DNA of 64,000 nucleotides from Berkelbacteria bacterium GW2011_GWE1_39_12 (GCA_001029735.1 CP011213.1:524613-588612), one strand, 5' to 3'; numbered from the stretch's first letter, positions 42,619 to 52,967 are shown. Numbers and translations are program-made. The notes: generated from the letters alone by a model not told the origin.

Positions 42619-42798
42619 ATGCCAATCGATAATCATGAACTTAAAACTAAAATAGGTAAAATCGAGCAACGTTTAAATATGGTTGAAAAACGAGAGCAAG
42701 AAGATTTTATTGGGATATATTCACGTTTAGATAATTTAGAAGAATCTTTAAGAAAATTGGAAAATGATATTGCCGCCGTACATCTGAATAACCAATAA
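42619..42798 (+). CDS. Small coiled-coil protein (59 aa, not in the ORF track)
   Basis: MPIDNHELKTKIGKIEQRLNMVEK..LDNLEESLRKLEND, directly after the DUF2267 gene. Confidence 0.6.
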   Translation: MPIDNHELKTKIGKIEQRLNMVEKREQEDFIGIYSRLDNLEESLRKLENDIAAVHLNNQ

Positions 42799-42902
42799 TG
42801 ATTTAACACCTTGTGTTTCTAAACGCCACTTTACACTAAAAAAACCGTCCAAATGACAGTTTCTTTAGTGGAGGGACACTCGGGTCTAGTCTCTTAGCTT
42901 TT

Positions 42903-43142
42903 TTAGTAAAAATTAATGTTATATAGGCTTAGTAAATAAATTATCTCTACTAATAAACCTAAAACTGAAAAAACAATTCCAAAAATTGCTAAAATTTTTG
43001 AAGATTTTAGCCCCCTTAATGAAAGTACTAAGCCTATAATCTGCAGAGGTATTCCTAAAGCACCAAGTGATGTTGTAATTAGCCCAATAAATCCAAAAAT
43101 TAGTCCGTATAATGCCGATTTGTTTATTTCTTTTACTTTCAT
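42903..43142 (-). CDS. Small membrane protein (DUF4190-like)
   Basis: GLVLSLRGLKSSKILAIFGIVFS; three TMs. Confidence 0.65.
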   Translation of the reverse strand: MKVKEINKSALYGLIFGFIGLITTSLGALGIPLQIIGLVLSLRGLKSSKILAIFGIVFSVLGLLVEIIYLLSLYNINFY

Positions 43143-43194
43143 TTGGAATGGTGCTTTAGATCTGGAACCTTTGCTTTTTTATCACTTAATCTAT

Positions 43195-43782
43195 TTAAAA
43201 TCCTAATTCATCAGAAATATTTTGTAGCGAAGACAGCCCAATTTGCATAAATTCATCCAAGGGGATACTAACTTTTTCGCATTCTAGAATAAGTTCGCGA
43301 TTACATTTTGCTGCAAATTTTTTATTCTTGAACTTTTTTTGTAAGCTGTGTAAAGATAAGCTCGCCAATTTTTTGTCGTTTGTCATTAGTGCCGATGCAA
43401 TAATTAATCCAGTCAAGGTTTCAGCCGCGACAAGGCAGTGTTGAATTCTCGTCGTGCGCAGCTTTTCTTTTAGTTGGGGTATCATCTCATTTGAGTAGCC
43501 ATGAGAAACAATGGTTTCAATTAAGAACTCACTCGCCTCGACTTCTCTTAAGATTTCTTGGCACTTTATGCAATGTTCAGTTGAGTTATCTTTCGTTAGA
43601 TCCCAATCAATATCATGAAGTAGTCCGATGATTCCCCATTTTTCCTCATCCTCATGAAATTTTTTTGCCAATGCACGCATAATAACTTCTGTTTCCCTGA
43701 GGTGTAATTTAGTAATCGGATTGCTTACATATTTATTAACCAATTCATTTGCATCTTTAATTGTAATATTTAAATCTTCCAT
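43195..43782 (-). CDS. HD/HDIG domain protein
   Basis: KLHLRE..WGIIGLLHDIDW..H..SHG motifs. Confidence 0.88.
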   Translation of the reverse strand: MEDLNITIKDANELVNKYVSNPITKLHLRETEVIMRALAKKFHEDEEKWGIIGLLHDIDWDLTKDNSTEHCIKCQEILREVEASEFLIETIVSHGYSNEMIPQLKEKLRTTRIQHCLVAAETLTGLIIASALMTNDKKLASLSLHSLQKKFKNKKFAAKCNRELILECEKVSIPLDEFMQIGLSSLQNISDELGF

Positions 43783-43945
43783 TTGGTTTGATTATACAAA
43801 AAAATCACCAGAATAGCGATATTCGTGAAATCTATAAATTATAGTAACAAACTGCTTGGGGACATACGTGTCTGGAACCTTTTGAGGTTTTCTATAGACA
43901 AACTCATTACTAATGATTAAATTATATACAGTAGGAGTTGTTAAT

Positions 43946-44419
43946 ATGACAGGGTCGTTCAAAGAAAAATTTGATTTAGTTACTAGGGAGTTTCAAGAGA
44001 TTTGCGAGTTTAAAATATCAGAATCAAGTTTATTGGATGCCGATAAGGAAACTTATATTCGTTTTTTTAGAGATTGTTTTCATCTAAAAGACTGGCTAAG
44101 AAATGATAATGCCATTAAAAACAATAATGCTAAAAATATTATAGAAACCTATATAAATAACTCTAGTTATCTTAAATTTTCTGCAGATGTTGCAAATGCA
44201 TCCAAACATAAAATATTAAATCCCAAGCGAAAAATAAGAGTCGATAAAGATATCGATCTAGTTGAAAGTGGTTATATTATGCCTGGAGATTTTACAATGA
44301 CTCAGTTTGGAAAATGTGTGCGGATAATTTATAATGAATATCACTCTATCAACGCCTTTACACTTGCAAAAGGTTGTATCGATGAATGGAGAATGTTTAT
44401 TGAAAAATATAAATTATAA
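43946..44419 (+). CDS. Hypothetical protein (FFRDCFHLKDWL motif)
   Basis: AGGAG SD; very AT-rich helical ORF with ANASKH. Confidence 0.7.
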   Translation: MTGSFKEKFDLVTREFQEICEFKISESSLLDADKETYIRFFRDCFHLKDWLRNDNAIKNNNAKNIIETYINNSSYLKFSADVANASKHKILNPKRKIRVDKDIDLVESGYIMPGDFTMTQFGKCVRIIYNEYHSINAFTLAKGCIDEWRMFIEKYKL

Positions 44420-44438
44420 GTCCATCTTAAAGGAAAAT

Positions 44439-44870
44439 ATGAATAAGAAGTGTCCTTTTTGTAACATAAATAAAGTGAAAACAAGAATTATCGAAAATGG
44501 AAATCATTGTTTTGTTATTCTTAGCAACCCTCGTTTAATGCCTGGTCATTTGCTAATAATTCCCAAGAGACATGTTGAGAAATTATCTGAACTAAGCAAT
44601 TCTGAGTTAGCTGATCTATTAAAATTTACCGTTAAATACCAGGAAAAGATTATTAAAAATATTGCTTCAGGGTGCGATGTGCGTCAAAATTATCGTCCAT
44701 TTATAAAAGACGGTAAACTCAAAGTTGCGCATTTACATTTTCATTTGCAACCAAGATGGCCAGATGTTTCTGATGAATTATTTACCAAATGTCAGAAATA
44801 TGAAATTGAATTATTTAAGCCTTTAACTGACGACGAAAAAGCCGATATTGAAAAACTTTTAGAAAAATAA
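44439..44870 (+). CDS. HIT family hydrolase
   Basis: CPFC, PGHLLIIPKRHV and HLHFH motifs. Confidence 0.92.
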   Translation: MNKKCPFCNINKVKTRIIENGNHCFVILSNPRLMPGHLLIIPKRHVEKLSELSNSELADLLKFTVKYQEKIIKNIASGCDVRQNYRPFIKDGKLKVAHLHFHLQPRWPDVSDELFTKCQKYEIELFKPLTDDEKADIEKLLEK

Positions 44871-45081
44871 ATAAAATGTCCCACAATTTTTTAGAGCCAA
44901 CAGATTGAAAAAACAGTTCCAGACCCACTTGGGTGTCTCCAAAAATGAGCTCGTTTGGCACCAAAAAAGACCGAAATCGGTCTTTTGCGTCTTTACCTCT
45001 ACCTTATAATTACTTAATAAATATATCGACCAAAGGTCGCTATACTCTTTTCTACTACTTTGAATCGTCCCACTATATAAG

Positions 45082-45127
45082 TGGAGGGCCAGGTGGGCAA
45101 GATGCCAACTTCCGTTGGCGGACCCAC
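45082..45127 (-). repeat. Partial duplicate of the tRNA-Lys 3' end carrying a hairpin insertion (att-like)
   Basis: tggagggccaggtggg and acccac match the tRNA; gatcga is replaced by caagatgccaacttccgttggcgg. Confidence 0.85.
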
Positions 45128-45188
45128 AGGTCGTGATTTCTCAACTCCACCATACAAAAAAGCATCAACCGAATTGGTGACGCTTTTT

Positions 45189-45263
45189 TGGAGGGCCAGG
45201 TGGGGATCGAACCCACGACACGGAGCTTAAAAGGCTCCTGCTCTACCACTGAGCTACTGGCCC
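45189..45263 (-). tRNA. tRNA-Lys (TTT)
   Basis: GGGCCAG acceptor, GGAGC-CTTTTAA-GCTCC anticodon arm, TTCGATC T-loop, CCA. Confidence 0.95.
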
Positions 45264-45302
45264 ATAATTTTGAAAAAATTTCCGCGGCAATATATTGCCC
45301 AT
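45263..45302 (-). repeat. GCGGA double-hairpin element, copy C (abuts the tRNA-Lys 5' end)
   Basis: Minus strand: ATG-GGCAATATATTGCC-GCGGA-AATTTT ttc AAAATT-ATG. Confidence 0.78.
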
Positions 45303-45379
45303 AAATTCTTAACTAATTCAAAAATACCTTTACATTGTATAATAAAAAAGATGAAAAATCAAGCCTGATTAGAGACGGA

Positions 45380-45586
45380 TTAGTCGACCCATTCGACATT
45401 GGGAAAAGGCTTCTTGCTTGCAATTAAAATTACGTCGACTAGCCACCAGATACCCAAACCACCAAAAGTGATAAGTTTCAAGATACCTAATCCAACTTGA
45501 CCCATCATGAAACGATCGACCCCTAATTGGCCGAAAAAGATCGATAAAATCAAAACCAGAACCCGATTCAGTTTTCTAGCTTGCAT
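45380..45586 (-). CDS. TM2 domain protein
   Basis: LGVDRFMMGQVGLGILKLITFGGLGIWWLVD. Confidence 0.92.
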   Translation of the reverse strand: MQARKLNRVLVLILSIFFGQLGVDRFMMGQVGLGILKLITFGGLGIWWLVDVILIASKKPFPNVEWVD

Positions 45587-45692
45587 ATTTCTCCTTAAGA
45601 ATATTATACCTTATATTTAGAATTAATTAAAATATTACGGCGTTGTTTAACAATATCTTGGAAAGGGGTTTTTAATCTGATAAACTGAAGAT

Positions 45693-46052
45693 ATGTATAA
45701 TCAAAAAACAATCGATTACTTTTCGAACCCTCGAAATATGGGAGAGATAAGCAATGCTACTGTTGTTGCTGAAGGCGGAAACCTTTCGTGTGGCGATGTG
45801 GTCAAACTTTATTTAAAGGTTGATAAAGACATAATAACGGATATAAAATTCAAGGCTTTTGGCTGTGGCGCCTGCATTGCCACCGCTTCTGCTTTGACTG
45901 AATTGGTTAAAGGTAAAACTCTTAACGAGGTTGATAAGATATCCAACGGAGACGTCGATAAGTTTTTAGGTGGATTACCGCCACAAAAGTTAAAATGTTC
46001 TAATTTTTCTGCCGAAGTATTGCAGAAAGCTCTCAAGCAACTAAAAAAATAA
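45693..46052 (+). CDS. IscU/NifU-like Fe-S scaffold protein
   Basis: FSNPRNMG, SCGD, FGCGACIA and KLKCS motifs. Confidence 0.9.
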   Translation: MYNQKTIDYFSNPRNMGEISNATVVAEGGNLSCGDVVKLYLKVDKDIITDIKFKAFGCGACIATASALTELVKGKTLNEVDKISNGDVDKFLGGLPPQKLKCSNFSAEVLQKALKQLKK

Positions 46053-46069
46053 TTTTATTATTTAAAAAA

Positions 46070-46105
46070 ATGAACCCTTCGGGTTGCGGAAATTGCTACG
46101 CAATT
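46070..46105 (+). repeat. GCGGA double-hairpin element, copy D
   Basis: ATG-AACCC ttc GGGTT-GCGGA-AATTGC tac GCAATT. Confidence 0.78.
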
Positions 46106-46128
46106 AATCTGGCTATTTGAGAAATTTT

Positions 46129-46638
46129 TTAGTCGGCGCTTTTACGGAAAAAGCCCATACCAATTAAGACGAGAACCGGAGTAATCACCCACCAAGTATA
46201 ATCATTAATTAAGATGGCGGCGAATTTTGAATTCTCGACAAAAGCGGCTCGAGAGTCGGCAGGCATAAAGTTGAAGAGGGAAGAGAGGATCAAGCCTGTT
46301 GTTAGTATTGAATAACCGATAATCTCAAAAGGCGAGAGTAGTCCTTTTGTTTTACCACCCGAAATACCTGCTTTGGCGGTAAGTAAAGTGATAGTTAGCA
46401 TAAAAATAGCAGATCGTATGCTAAACGGTGAGGCATGAAGATTTATCCAAAACTGATTAAAGGTTTTGGATCCTTCAAAAAATTGCTGCATAGTGCCAGA
46501 GAGTGCTTGAGTCATGATTAATCCGACGTATACCGAAAGCAGGGTCGCGATAATTTTATCGCGCTGCAAGATATAGCCAAAAGAAATCCCCATAACAAAA
46601 ATAACTGCAATTGCCAGGTTCCAACTTGGTACCGGCAT
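46129..46638 (-). CDS. Membrane protein (CvpA-like topology)
   Basis: GGAGG SD, several TMs. Confidence 0.7.
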   Translation of the reverse strand: MPVPSWNLAIAVIFVMGISFGYILQRDKIIATLLSVYVGLIMTQALSGTMQQFFEGSKTFNQFWINLHASPFSIRSAIFMLTITLLTAKAGISGGKTKGLLSPFEIIGYSILTTGLILSSLFNFMPADSRAAFVENSKFAAILINDYTWWVITPVLVLIGMGFFRKSAD

Positions 46639-46775
46639 ATTTCCCCTCCGAAATAGATGATCAATCCTTTTTAATCTCTATCTTAATTATTGATTAAGGA
46701 TGATCATCTTAATTATACAACAATAATTTTTCTTCAACAATCAAAATAATAAAAACCTGTTAAGTTAATAACAGG

Positions 46776-47390
46776 TTAAATAATGGTCAAAATACTTCCG
46801 CATCGGTGTATTAGTGGATGGATGATGGTTTTCTTTCCGTCCTGTAAATCAAAAACCATATCCATGGCGAAGCGCATAAAGTCGAATCGAAATTGCACGC
46901 ATTCACTGTTGTTTGTGCTCGTGCATTTACTTGTGCTGGTAAATGCACGGCAGAGAAGCGGTCTAACGGAATAAATGCCGCAACTTGATTCATTAAGGAA
47001 TGGACAAGGGTATGTACCATACCAATCTTCCAGCATTAACTCCGTATTTTGCCTACTGGATTGCCTTCGACTATCTGGTAGGGAGGATAGATAGTCTTGC
47101 CATCGTGTGTATCCATCTTTCATTTTCTTTAAGAGAATCGAGCGGTCTTCGACTGGCATTTCGGCAATATATTTCTCAATAAGTTGCCATTCAACGTCTG
47201 ATGCGGCCACTAACTGATGGCAGCAATGCGTACATCCTTCGCTGCAAGCAAGGTGTATGTCTCCTCGCTTAATGGTTTCTGATAGTAATTCATCCACGAT
47301 ACGGTAAATAGCCTCAATCGGTTTCAAGCCATTTTCTCGACTAGTAAGAGCAACAAGTAACTCAAATGCTTTGCGATCAAAACTCTCCAT
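46776..47390 (-). CDS. YkgJ family cysteine cluster protein
   Basis: CSEGCTHCCH..CPFL..CGIYSVRPLLCR. Confidence 0.88.
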   Translation of the reverse strand: MESFDRKAFELLVALTSRENGLKPIEAIYRIVDELLSETIKRGDIHLACSEGCTHCCHQLVAASDVEWQLIEKYIAEMPVEDRSILLKKMKDGYTRWQDYLSSLPDSRRQSSRQNTELMLEDWYGTYPCPFLNESSCGIYSVRPLLCRAFTSTSKCTSTNNSECVQFRFDFMRFAMDMVFDLQDGKKTIIHPLIHRCGSILTII

Positions 47391-47418
47391 TGACGCATTA
47401 CCTCCTCAACTCAAATAC

Positions 47419-47454
47419 AAGAACCATTATACATGTTGACTGGTTCTTTATCAA
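47419..47454 (-). promoter_or_regulatory. Sigma70-type promoter with -10 enclosed by an inverted repeat
   Basis: TTGATA-17nt-TATAAT; AAGAACCA...TGGTTCTT arms flank the -10. Confidence 0.65.
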
Positions 47455-47457
47455 GAG

Positions 47458-48054
47458 TTATAGTCCAGAATTCCTTAGTTTTTCAAAGAGTTCTTTTTGT
47501 TCCCGATTTAATTTTCGCGGCAGTTTCACTCGTACGGTTACCAATAAGTCGCCTCTGCCTCGGTTATAAGACTGGCCTTTGCCTCTGAATCGGAAAGTAG
47601 TGCCGTCAGCCGTTCCAGCTGGAATATTTAATACGATTTTTTCACCCGTTGATATTTGTAATTCTATTTTCTCGCCCAAAACTGCCGTGGAAAGACTGAT
47701 TGCAATTTCTGTTTGTACTTGAGAAAAAGCTTGTCCAAACATGGTCTCGAATATGTCACCAATACCACCGAAACCGCCAAAATCTGCACCTTGAAAACCG
47801 CCGGCATTTTGCCAGCCGCCACCAGAGTTAAATCCGCCTCCGCCTACTCCGGCTTCTCCAAATTGGTCATATTGCGCTCTCTTTTGAGTGTCGGAAAGCA
47901 CTTGATAGGCTTCGTTGATTTCCTTAAATTTAGCCTCATCACCGCCGTCTTTATCGGGATGGTATAGATGGGCTAATTTACGATAGGATTTCTTAATTTC
48001 TTCAATTGTGGCGTCTTTTTTTACACCTAAAACGCCGTAAAAATCTTTTGACAT
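47458..48054 (-). CDS. Short DnaJ-class co-chaperone (no zinc finger)
   Basis: J domain with HPD, G/F region, single C-terminal domain; start may instead be 48063. Confidence 0.88.
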   Translation of the reverse strand: MSKDFYGVLGVKKDATIEEIKKSYRKLAHLYHPDKDGGDEAKFKEINEAYQVLSDTQKRAQYDQFGEAGVGGGGFNSGGGWQNAGGFQGADFGGFGGIGDIFETMFGQAFSQVQTEIAISLSTAVLGEKIELQISTGEKIVLNIPAGTADGTTFRFRGKGQSYNRGRGDLLVTVRVKLPRKLNREQKELFEKLRNSGL

Positions 48055-48147
48055 GTTTTTCACCAGAAAATTATAAAAGACAAACTTTGTTTGTCAGTCA
48101 TTAAAATATTCTACCAAGAATTTCTAATTATTTCAAGAGAAAATGTT

Positions 48148-48777
48148 TTATTTTGAGACCAAAATGCCGCTGTCGTTATAAATTAAGCCATCATTTGCTG
48201 AAATACGAATTTTTTGAGCATCAGTTGCACCGCGATACTCAACGACATACCACGTCCAGTTTTTCGGTGCGCTCTGTGAGAGTGTTACTGTTGTCTGCGC
48301 TTCTGGATGCTGGGCTTTGTAGGCTGTGCCGCCATTATCATCGGCTGTTCGCAATATATCAACATAACTTTTTTTCCAATATTGTTCTTGGATTGGCTGA
48401 AGATCTGTACCAAGAAAATCGGCTTTAGGGATTGCAGCGCGGACGAACTTGTTTTGCGCGTCAATGGAATAGGTAAACCAGTTATCCTTGTCCTCGTTTG
48501 AGCCAAATATGTATGTCATGCTCAAGCTTAATGGGTTTAAGTCGCCTGGCACGCGGAAATTCAAACCGGCAAAATATGCATCGCTCTTCCAGGCATTTGC
48601 CGCCACTTTAGCTTTGGCTAAATTTGTTTGAGTGTTCGTTGTTACCGTTTTGGTATCTTGATTAGTAAAATCATTTCCACTTGTTGTGGTACTTACAGTA
48701 TTATCTTTAGCGGTTCCGCAACCAGCTGTGAAAAAAAGTATTGAAGAAATAATAGCTATCTTGGTTATTTTAGTCAT
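48148..48777 (-). CDS. Putative lipoprotein
   Basis: FFTAGC lipobox; GGAGG SD. Confidence 0.78.
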   Translation of the reverse strand: MTKITKIAIISSILFFTAGCGTAKDNTVSTTTSGNDFTNQDTKTVTTNTQTNLAKAKVAANAWKSDAYFAGLNFRVPGDLNPLSLSMTYIFGSNEDKDNWFTYSIDAQNKFVRAAIPKADFLGTDLQPIQEQYWKKSYVDILRTADDNGGTAYKAQHPEAQTTVTLSQSAPKNWTWYVVEYRGATDAQKIRISANDGLIYNDSGILVSK

Positions 48778-48897
48778 TTCCCCTCCCGACTATTTTTTGA
48801 GATAGAGCTTACTTTTGAAATGTTCGCTCTAGAAAATTTAAACTATTTAATTTAAGGTACTTTAATTGTACAACCAATTTTATTTAAATACTATTGT

Positions 48898-50784
48898 CTA
48901 TTTGTTTTCTTCTTTTGTCTCTTCAGTTTGCTCGGTTTTAGCTTCCTCTTTTGTGTCTTCTGCTTGCGCACTCTCGGCTGGTTTACTGGCTTCATACATG
49001 GCTGCGCCAACTTTTTGAATTTTTTCGCTTAATTCGGCAGTCGCAGTTTTGATTTTTTCTAAATCATCTTTACCCAAAGCTTCTTTCAAAGCGCTGATTT
49101 TTTCTTCAACTTCTTTTTTATCTTCATCTTTTACTTTGTCACCGGCGTCCTTCAAAGTTTTTTCAGAAGTGTAAATCAAATTTTCAGCAATATTATTAAT
49201 CTCGATGCTTTCTTTTCTTTTTTGATCTTCGGCGCTATGTGCTTCGGCTTCAGTTTTCATTTTTTCAATTTCTTCTTTGCTTAGCCCCGAAGAAGCGGTG
49301 ATAGTGATTTTTTGTTCTTTATTTGTGGCTTTATCCACAGCTTTAACATTTAAAATTCCGTTAGCGTCGATGTCAAAACTGACTTCAACCTGAGGAATGC
49401 CGCGTGGCGCTGGTGGGATACCGTCTAACATGAAGGTGCCAAGCGTTCGGTTGTCAGTAGACAGCGGACGTTCTCCTTGTAAAACATGAATTTGAACAGA
49501 AGTTTGATTATCTGCTGCCGTTGAAAAAATCTGGCTTTTTGAAGCGGGGATTGTCGTGTTTCGATCAATCAATGGCGTCATAACACCGCCCAAGGTTTCA
49601 ATACCAAGTGTTAACGGCGTAACGTCCAAAAGTAAAAGATCTTTGACTTCTCCAGTTAAAACGCCACCCTGAATTGCCGCGCCAAGTGCGACGCACTCAT
49701 CTGGGTTAACGCCTTTGGATGGTTCTTTTTCAAAAATCTTTTTGACCGTTTCTTGAATCAAGGGCATTCTGGTCTGACCGCCGACTAAAATGACTTCTAA
49801 AATATCTTTTTTATTTATTTTAGCGTCTGTGATTGCTTTTTCAGAAATGCCGACAGTTTTTTCGATTAGGTCGCCGGTCAGTTGTTCTAGTTTAGCGCGG
49901 TTCATTTTCTTAACCAGATGTTTTGGTCCGGAAGCGTCTGCAGTAATAAATGGCAAGTTAATTTCGGTTTCCATATTGGTGGAAAGTTCGATCTTCGCTT
50001 TTTCAGCCGCTTCTTTGACGCGCTGCAAAGCCATCGGATCTTTTCTTAAATCAACGCCTTCTTCTTTTTCAAAGTCATTCACGATCCAATCCATGACTTT
50101 TTGATCCAAATCGTCGCCGCCCAAATGGGTGTCACCATGAGTACTTAGAACTTCAAAGACACCATCACCGATTTCCAAAATTGTAATGTCGAAAGTTCCG
50201 CCGCCAAAGTCATAAACGGCAATTTTACCTTCTTTTTTCTTGTCTAAGCCATAAGCTAAAGAAGAGGCGGTTGGTTCGTTGATAATTCTTTTGACTTCCA
50301 AGCCCGCAATTTGGCCGGCGTCTTTAGTTGCTTGACGTTGCGAGTCGCTAAAATAAGCCGGAACTGTAATAACAGCTTCGGTGACTTTCTCTCCTAAGTA
50401 GCTTTCAGCGTCTTTTTTTAATTTTTCCAAGATAAAAGCGGAGATTTCTTGAGGCGTGTATTCTTTTTCGCCCATTTTAACTTTAACGCCTTCGCCAGCT
50501 TTAACAATTTTATATGGTAAGAGTTTAAGATCAGTTTGAATTTCTTCGTCGTCCCAATGGCGGCCAATTAAACGTTTGACCGAAAAAATAGTGTTTTCCG
50601 GATTAGTGACGGCTTGTCTTTTGGCCAGTTGTCCAACCAAACGTTCACCAGCTTTGCTTTCGGCGACGATTGACGGACAAAGGTTTGAGCCCTCTGCTGT
50701 TGGGATAACTTTAGCTTTGCCGCCCTCCATAACAGCGACAACGGAGTTAGTGGTACCAAGATCGATTCCAATAATTTTACTCAT
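48898..50784 (-). CDS. dnaK: Chaperone DnaK
   Basis: [24 protein letters not shown] and GIPPAPRG motifs. Confidence 0.98.
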   Translation of the reverse strand: MSKIIGIDLGTTNSVVAVMEGGKAKVIPTAEGSNLCPSIVAESKAGERLVGQLAKRQAVTNPENTIFSVKRLIGRHWDDEEIQTDLKLLPYKIVKAGEGVKVKMGEKEYTPQEISAFILEKLKKDAESYLGEKVTEAVITVPAYFSDSQRQATKDAGQIAGLEVKRIINEPTASSLAYGLDKKKEGKIAVYDFGGGTFDITILEIGDGVFEVLSTHGDTHLGGDDLDQKVMDWIVNDFEKEEGVDLRKDPMALQRVKEAAEKAKIELSTNMETEINLPFITADASGPKHLVKKMNRAKLEQLTGDLIEKTVGISEKAITDAKINKKDILEVILVGGQTRMPLIQETVKKIFEKEPSKGVNPDECVALGAAIQGGVLTGEVKDLLLLDVTPLTLGIETLGGVMTPLIDRNTTIPASKSQIFSTAADNQTSVQIHVLQGERPLSTDNRTLGTFMLDGIPPAPRGIPQVEVSFDIDANGILNVKAVDKATNKEQKITITASSGLSKEEIEKMKTEAEAHSAEDQKRKESIEINNIAENLIYTSEKTLKDAGDKVKDEDKKEVEEKISALKEALGKDDLEKIKTATAELSEKIQKVGAAMYEASKPAESAQAEDTKEEAKTEQTEETKEENK

Positions 50785-51090
50785 TTAAATCCTTTCCGAT
50801 CCGTGTTTTACGTTCCGAAACAGGAAGTAAAACCGGAAGTCCGCCAAGAGTTAAATCCTATTTACAGATTCACGAATAGGGATACTGTAAGAGATTTAAC
50901 GATGGTGGATATTACTTTAATTTTTCTTCGTATATTAAATGTAAAGTCTCCTTTACATTTTGTCAAGTACTTTCTTGACAAACTTGGAGAATTGAGATAT
51001 ATTTTATTGTTCTATGCAGAATCGGACATAGAACACTTATCGATGGGTCAATTTGCCCAAACCAAATTGATAAGTAAATGGAGGGATCCG

Positions 51091-51786
51091 ATGTTTTCGA
51101 TTTTAGAGGTCATTAGGGTTCTGACAGTGCTCGTCTGTATACTCGTTCTTTATAAGGGCGCAAGCTGTGGTCGCCAAGGTATGGCAGTATTTGGCACCTT
51201 TTCTTCTATGGCTTTTGCTGAGCTTGGTTTCAGGATTGTCATGATAGGTAATGGATTACCTGGTCTTGATGTCCTCGACGGTATGTTTGTTGGAATCGGC
51301 TTTTTCTTGTCAATTGCATTGTGGATATCTTTTGTGCCAGACAAGGCTTCTGACAAGGGAGATGACTGTATAGTAATCGGCTTTGTTCAGCGTTTTGGCC
51401 ATACAGTATTTTACGAAGGCTCGGCTGAGCCGTTTAACAACTGGTGGAACCGTACCTTTGGATTATCCAACTTTGTCAGCGGATTGGAAATTAAGAACTG
51501 TCGATTCGCCTACGGTAATGGCCCATCCTTTAACGGCCGATACGTTATCAAGGCCCAGAGATCAATCGCCTACAAGGAATTTCTTGAGTTGAAAAGAACC
51601 ATTCCTAGAGACCTTGATAAACTCGTGCAGGAGCTCATTTTCGAAAAAGCACCAGCTGATGTGGTGATTTCCAAGTTGGCCGCCTTTTGGAAGTCTCATA
51701 AGGGTTTTGAATTGCAAAAATTCGATCTATTTCCACATCAGCCCCAGAATCTGATGGCACCGATTAGGAAGAAAGCTGAGGTGTAG
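51091..51786 (+). CDS. Orphan membrane protein
   Basis: GGAGG SD, upstream TTGACA-17-TATATT, three TMs, downstream terminator; the longer 50803 start is unlikely. Confidence 0.65.
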   Translation: MFSILEVIRVLTVLVCILVLYKGASCGRQGMAVFGTFSSMAFAELGFRIVMIGNGLPGLDVLDGMFVGIGFFLSIALWISFVPDKASDKGDDCIVIGFVQRFGHTVFYEGSAEPFNNWWNRTFGLSNFVSGLEIKNCRFAYGNGPSFNGRYVIKAQRSIAYKEFLELKRTIPRDLDKLVQELIFEKAPADVVISKLAAFWKSHKGFELQKFDLFPHQPQNLMAPIRKKAEV

Positions 51787-51843
51787 CTCATCACCAAAAC
51801 AGGAGATCTGGCACTAGCTTTAGTAGTAAACAAGTTCAAAATC

Positions 51844-51872
51844 ACCGCCTAGAGAAATCAAGGCGGTTTTTT
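51844..51872 (+). terminator. Intrinsic terminator
   Basis: accgcct...aggcggt followed by a T-run. Confidence 0.7.
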
Positions 51873-51986
51873 AGTACTTTATTTCTAAACCTCCTTTAAG
51901 ATCAGTTGTAAATATACTTGACGTGTCTGCATATAGATTGTTAAATAAAAGGGTAACAGCTTAGTCTTTTAAATTAGGAGGATCGC

Positions 51987-52412
51987 ATGTCTAATGAAGA
52001 ACTCGAAAAGACGAACCCTGAAGATGAGCAAAAGCCTGAGGAATTTACTGCACCAGAAACTGGAAATCTGAAAGAAGCGGTAGGAGAGAATGATGGTATA
52101 AGCGGAGTATACGAGGCCTATGAAAGAATGGGCGAAATTGATGCAATGGATTCGGCGGAATTTAAAAAGGAAGTTTTAGATGATTTGATGAGAATCAAAA
52201 CAGAATTATTAGAGGAAGACGATGTGGAAAAGGCAATAATGTCTTTTTTGTTATCTGTTGAAGTTTATGGTAGTTACGAGAAGGGATTAAAGTTAAATAA
52301 TTTTAAGGAAATTGTGTATAAGGCCGTTGAATTAAAGAAAAAATCTTCCAAGGAAGAACTTGCTGATTATTTTGATTATGTAATCAGTCAAATCGAGTTT
52401 GATCAAATTTAG
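51987..52412 (+). CDS. Acidic orphan protein with EQKPEEFTAPETG N-terminal motif
   Basis: AGGAGG SD, 141 aa. Confidence 0.8.
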   Translation: MSNEELEKTNPEDEQKPEEFTAPETGNLKEAVGENDGISGVYEAYERMGEIDAMDSAEFKKEVLDDLMRIKTELLEEDDVEKAIMSFLLSVEVYGSYEKGLKLNNFKEIVYKAVELKKKSSKEELADYFDYVISQIEFDQI

Positions 52413-52466
52413 ACATGAGAACATATTAATCTAAGCAATGCTTTAGAATTGTGTTTATAGTATTTT

Positions 52467-52955
52467 TTATTTTCCTTTGGAAACTCTGACTTTGGCCGGT
52501 TTGAGTACTTTGCCGTTGAATTCCCAGCCGCTTTCGGCTTCGGCGATAATAGAATCGGCAGGCAATTCATTTTCTTCGTAAGATATTGCTTCGTGTTTTG
52601 CCGGGTTAAAAAGTTCTCCGGTGGTTTCGATTTTTTTGAGTCCTTCGGCGGTTAATATCTCTTCCAGTTGTTTTTCAATTTGTTTAATGCCAAGTGTAAA
52701 ATTATCTTCGCCAGCTGGCGAATTTGGTGCATGCAAAAAAGCTCGGCGAAAATTATCTAAAACCGGTACGATTTCCATCATTAAATCAGTATTGGCAGCC
52801 TTAATAATATTTAATTTCTGATCTTCGCTTCTTTTAACATAGTTATCAAAATCGGCCTGGGTTCTCTTCCAGCCGTTTTCTAATTCAATTATTTTTTCTT
52901 CTAAATTGTTATCTTTTTGATCCTTCGGATCATTTTTTAGATTTTTCTTTGTCAT
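52467..52955 (-). CDS. grpE: Nucleotide exchange factor GrpE
   Basis: KRTQADFDNY, PVLDNFRRA, FNPAKHEA and LKPAKVRV motifs. Confidence 0.95.
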   Translation of the reverse strand: MTKKNLKNDPKDQKDNNLEEKIIELENGWKRTQADFDNYVKRSEDQKLNIIKAANTDLMMEIVPVLDNFRRAFLHAPNSPAGEDNFTLGIKQIEKQLEEILTAEGLKKIETTGELFNPAKHEAISYEENELPADSIIAEAESGWEFNGKVLKPAKVRVSKGK

Positions 52956-52967
52956 GTTAAAACCAGT

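Noticed and set aside
48553-48561. GCGGAAATT match inside the lipoprotein gene
   Set aside because: No paired AATT stem or upstream hairpin; not counted as an element copy.
50803-51090. N-terminal extension of the 327-aa ORF
   Set aside because: Covers the dnaK leader and divergent promoters; the SD supports a start at 51091.
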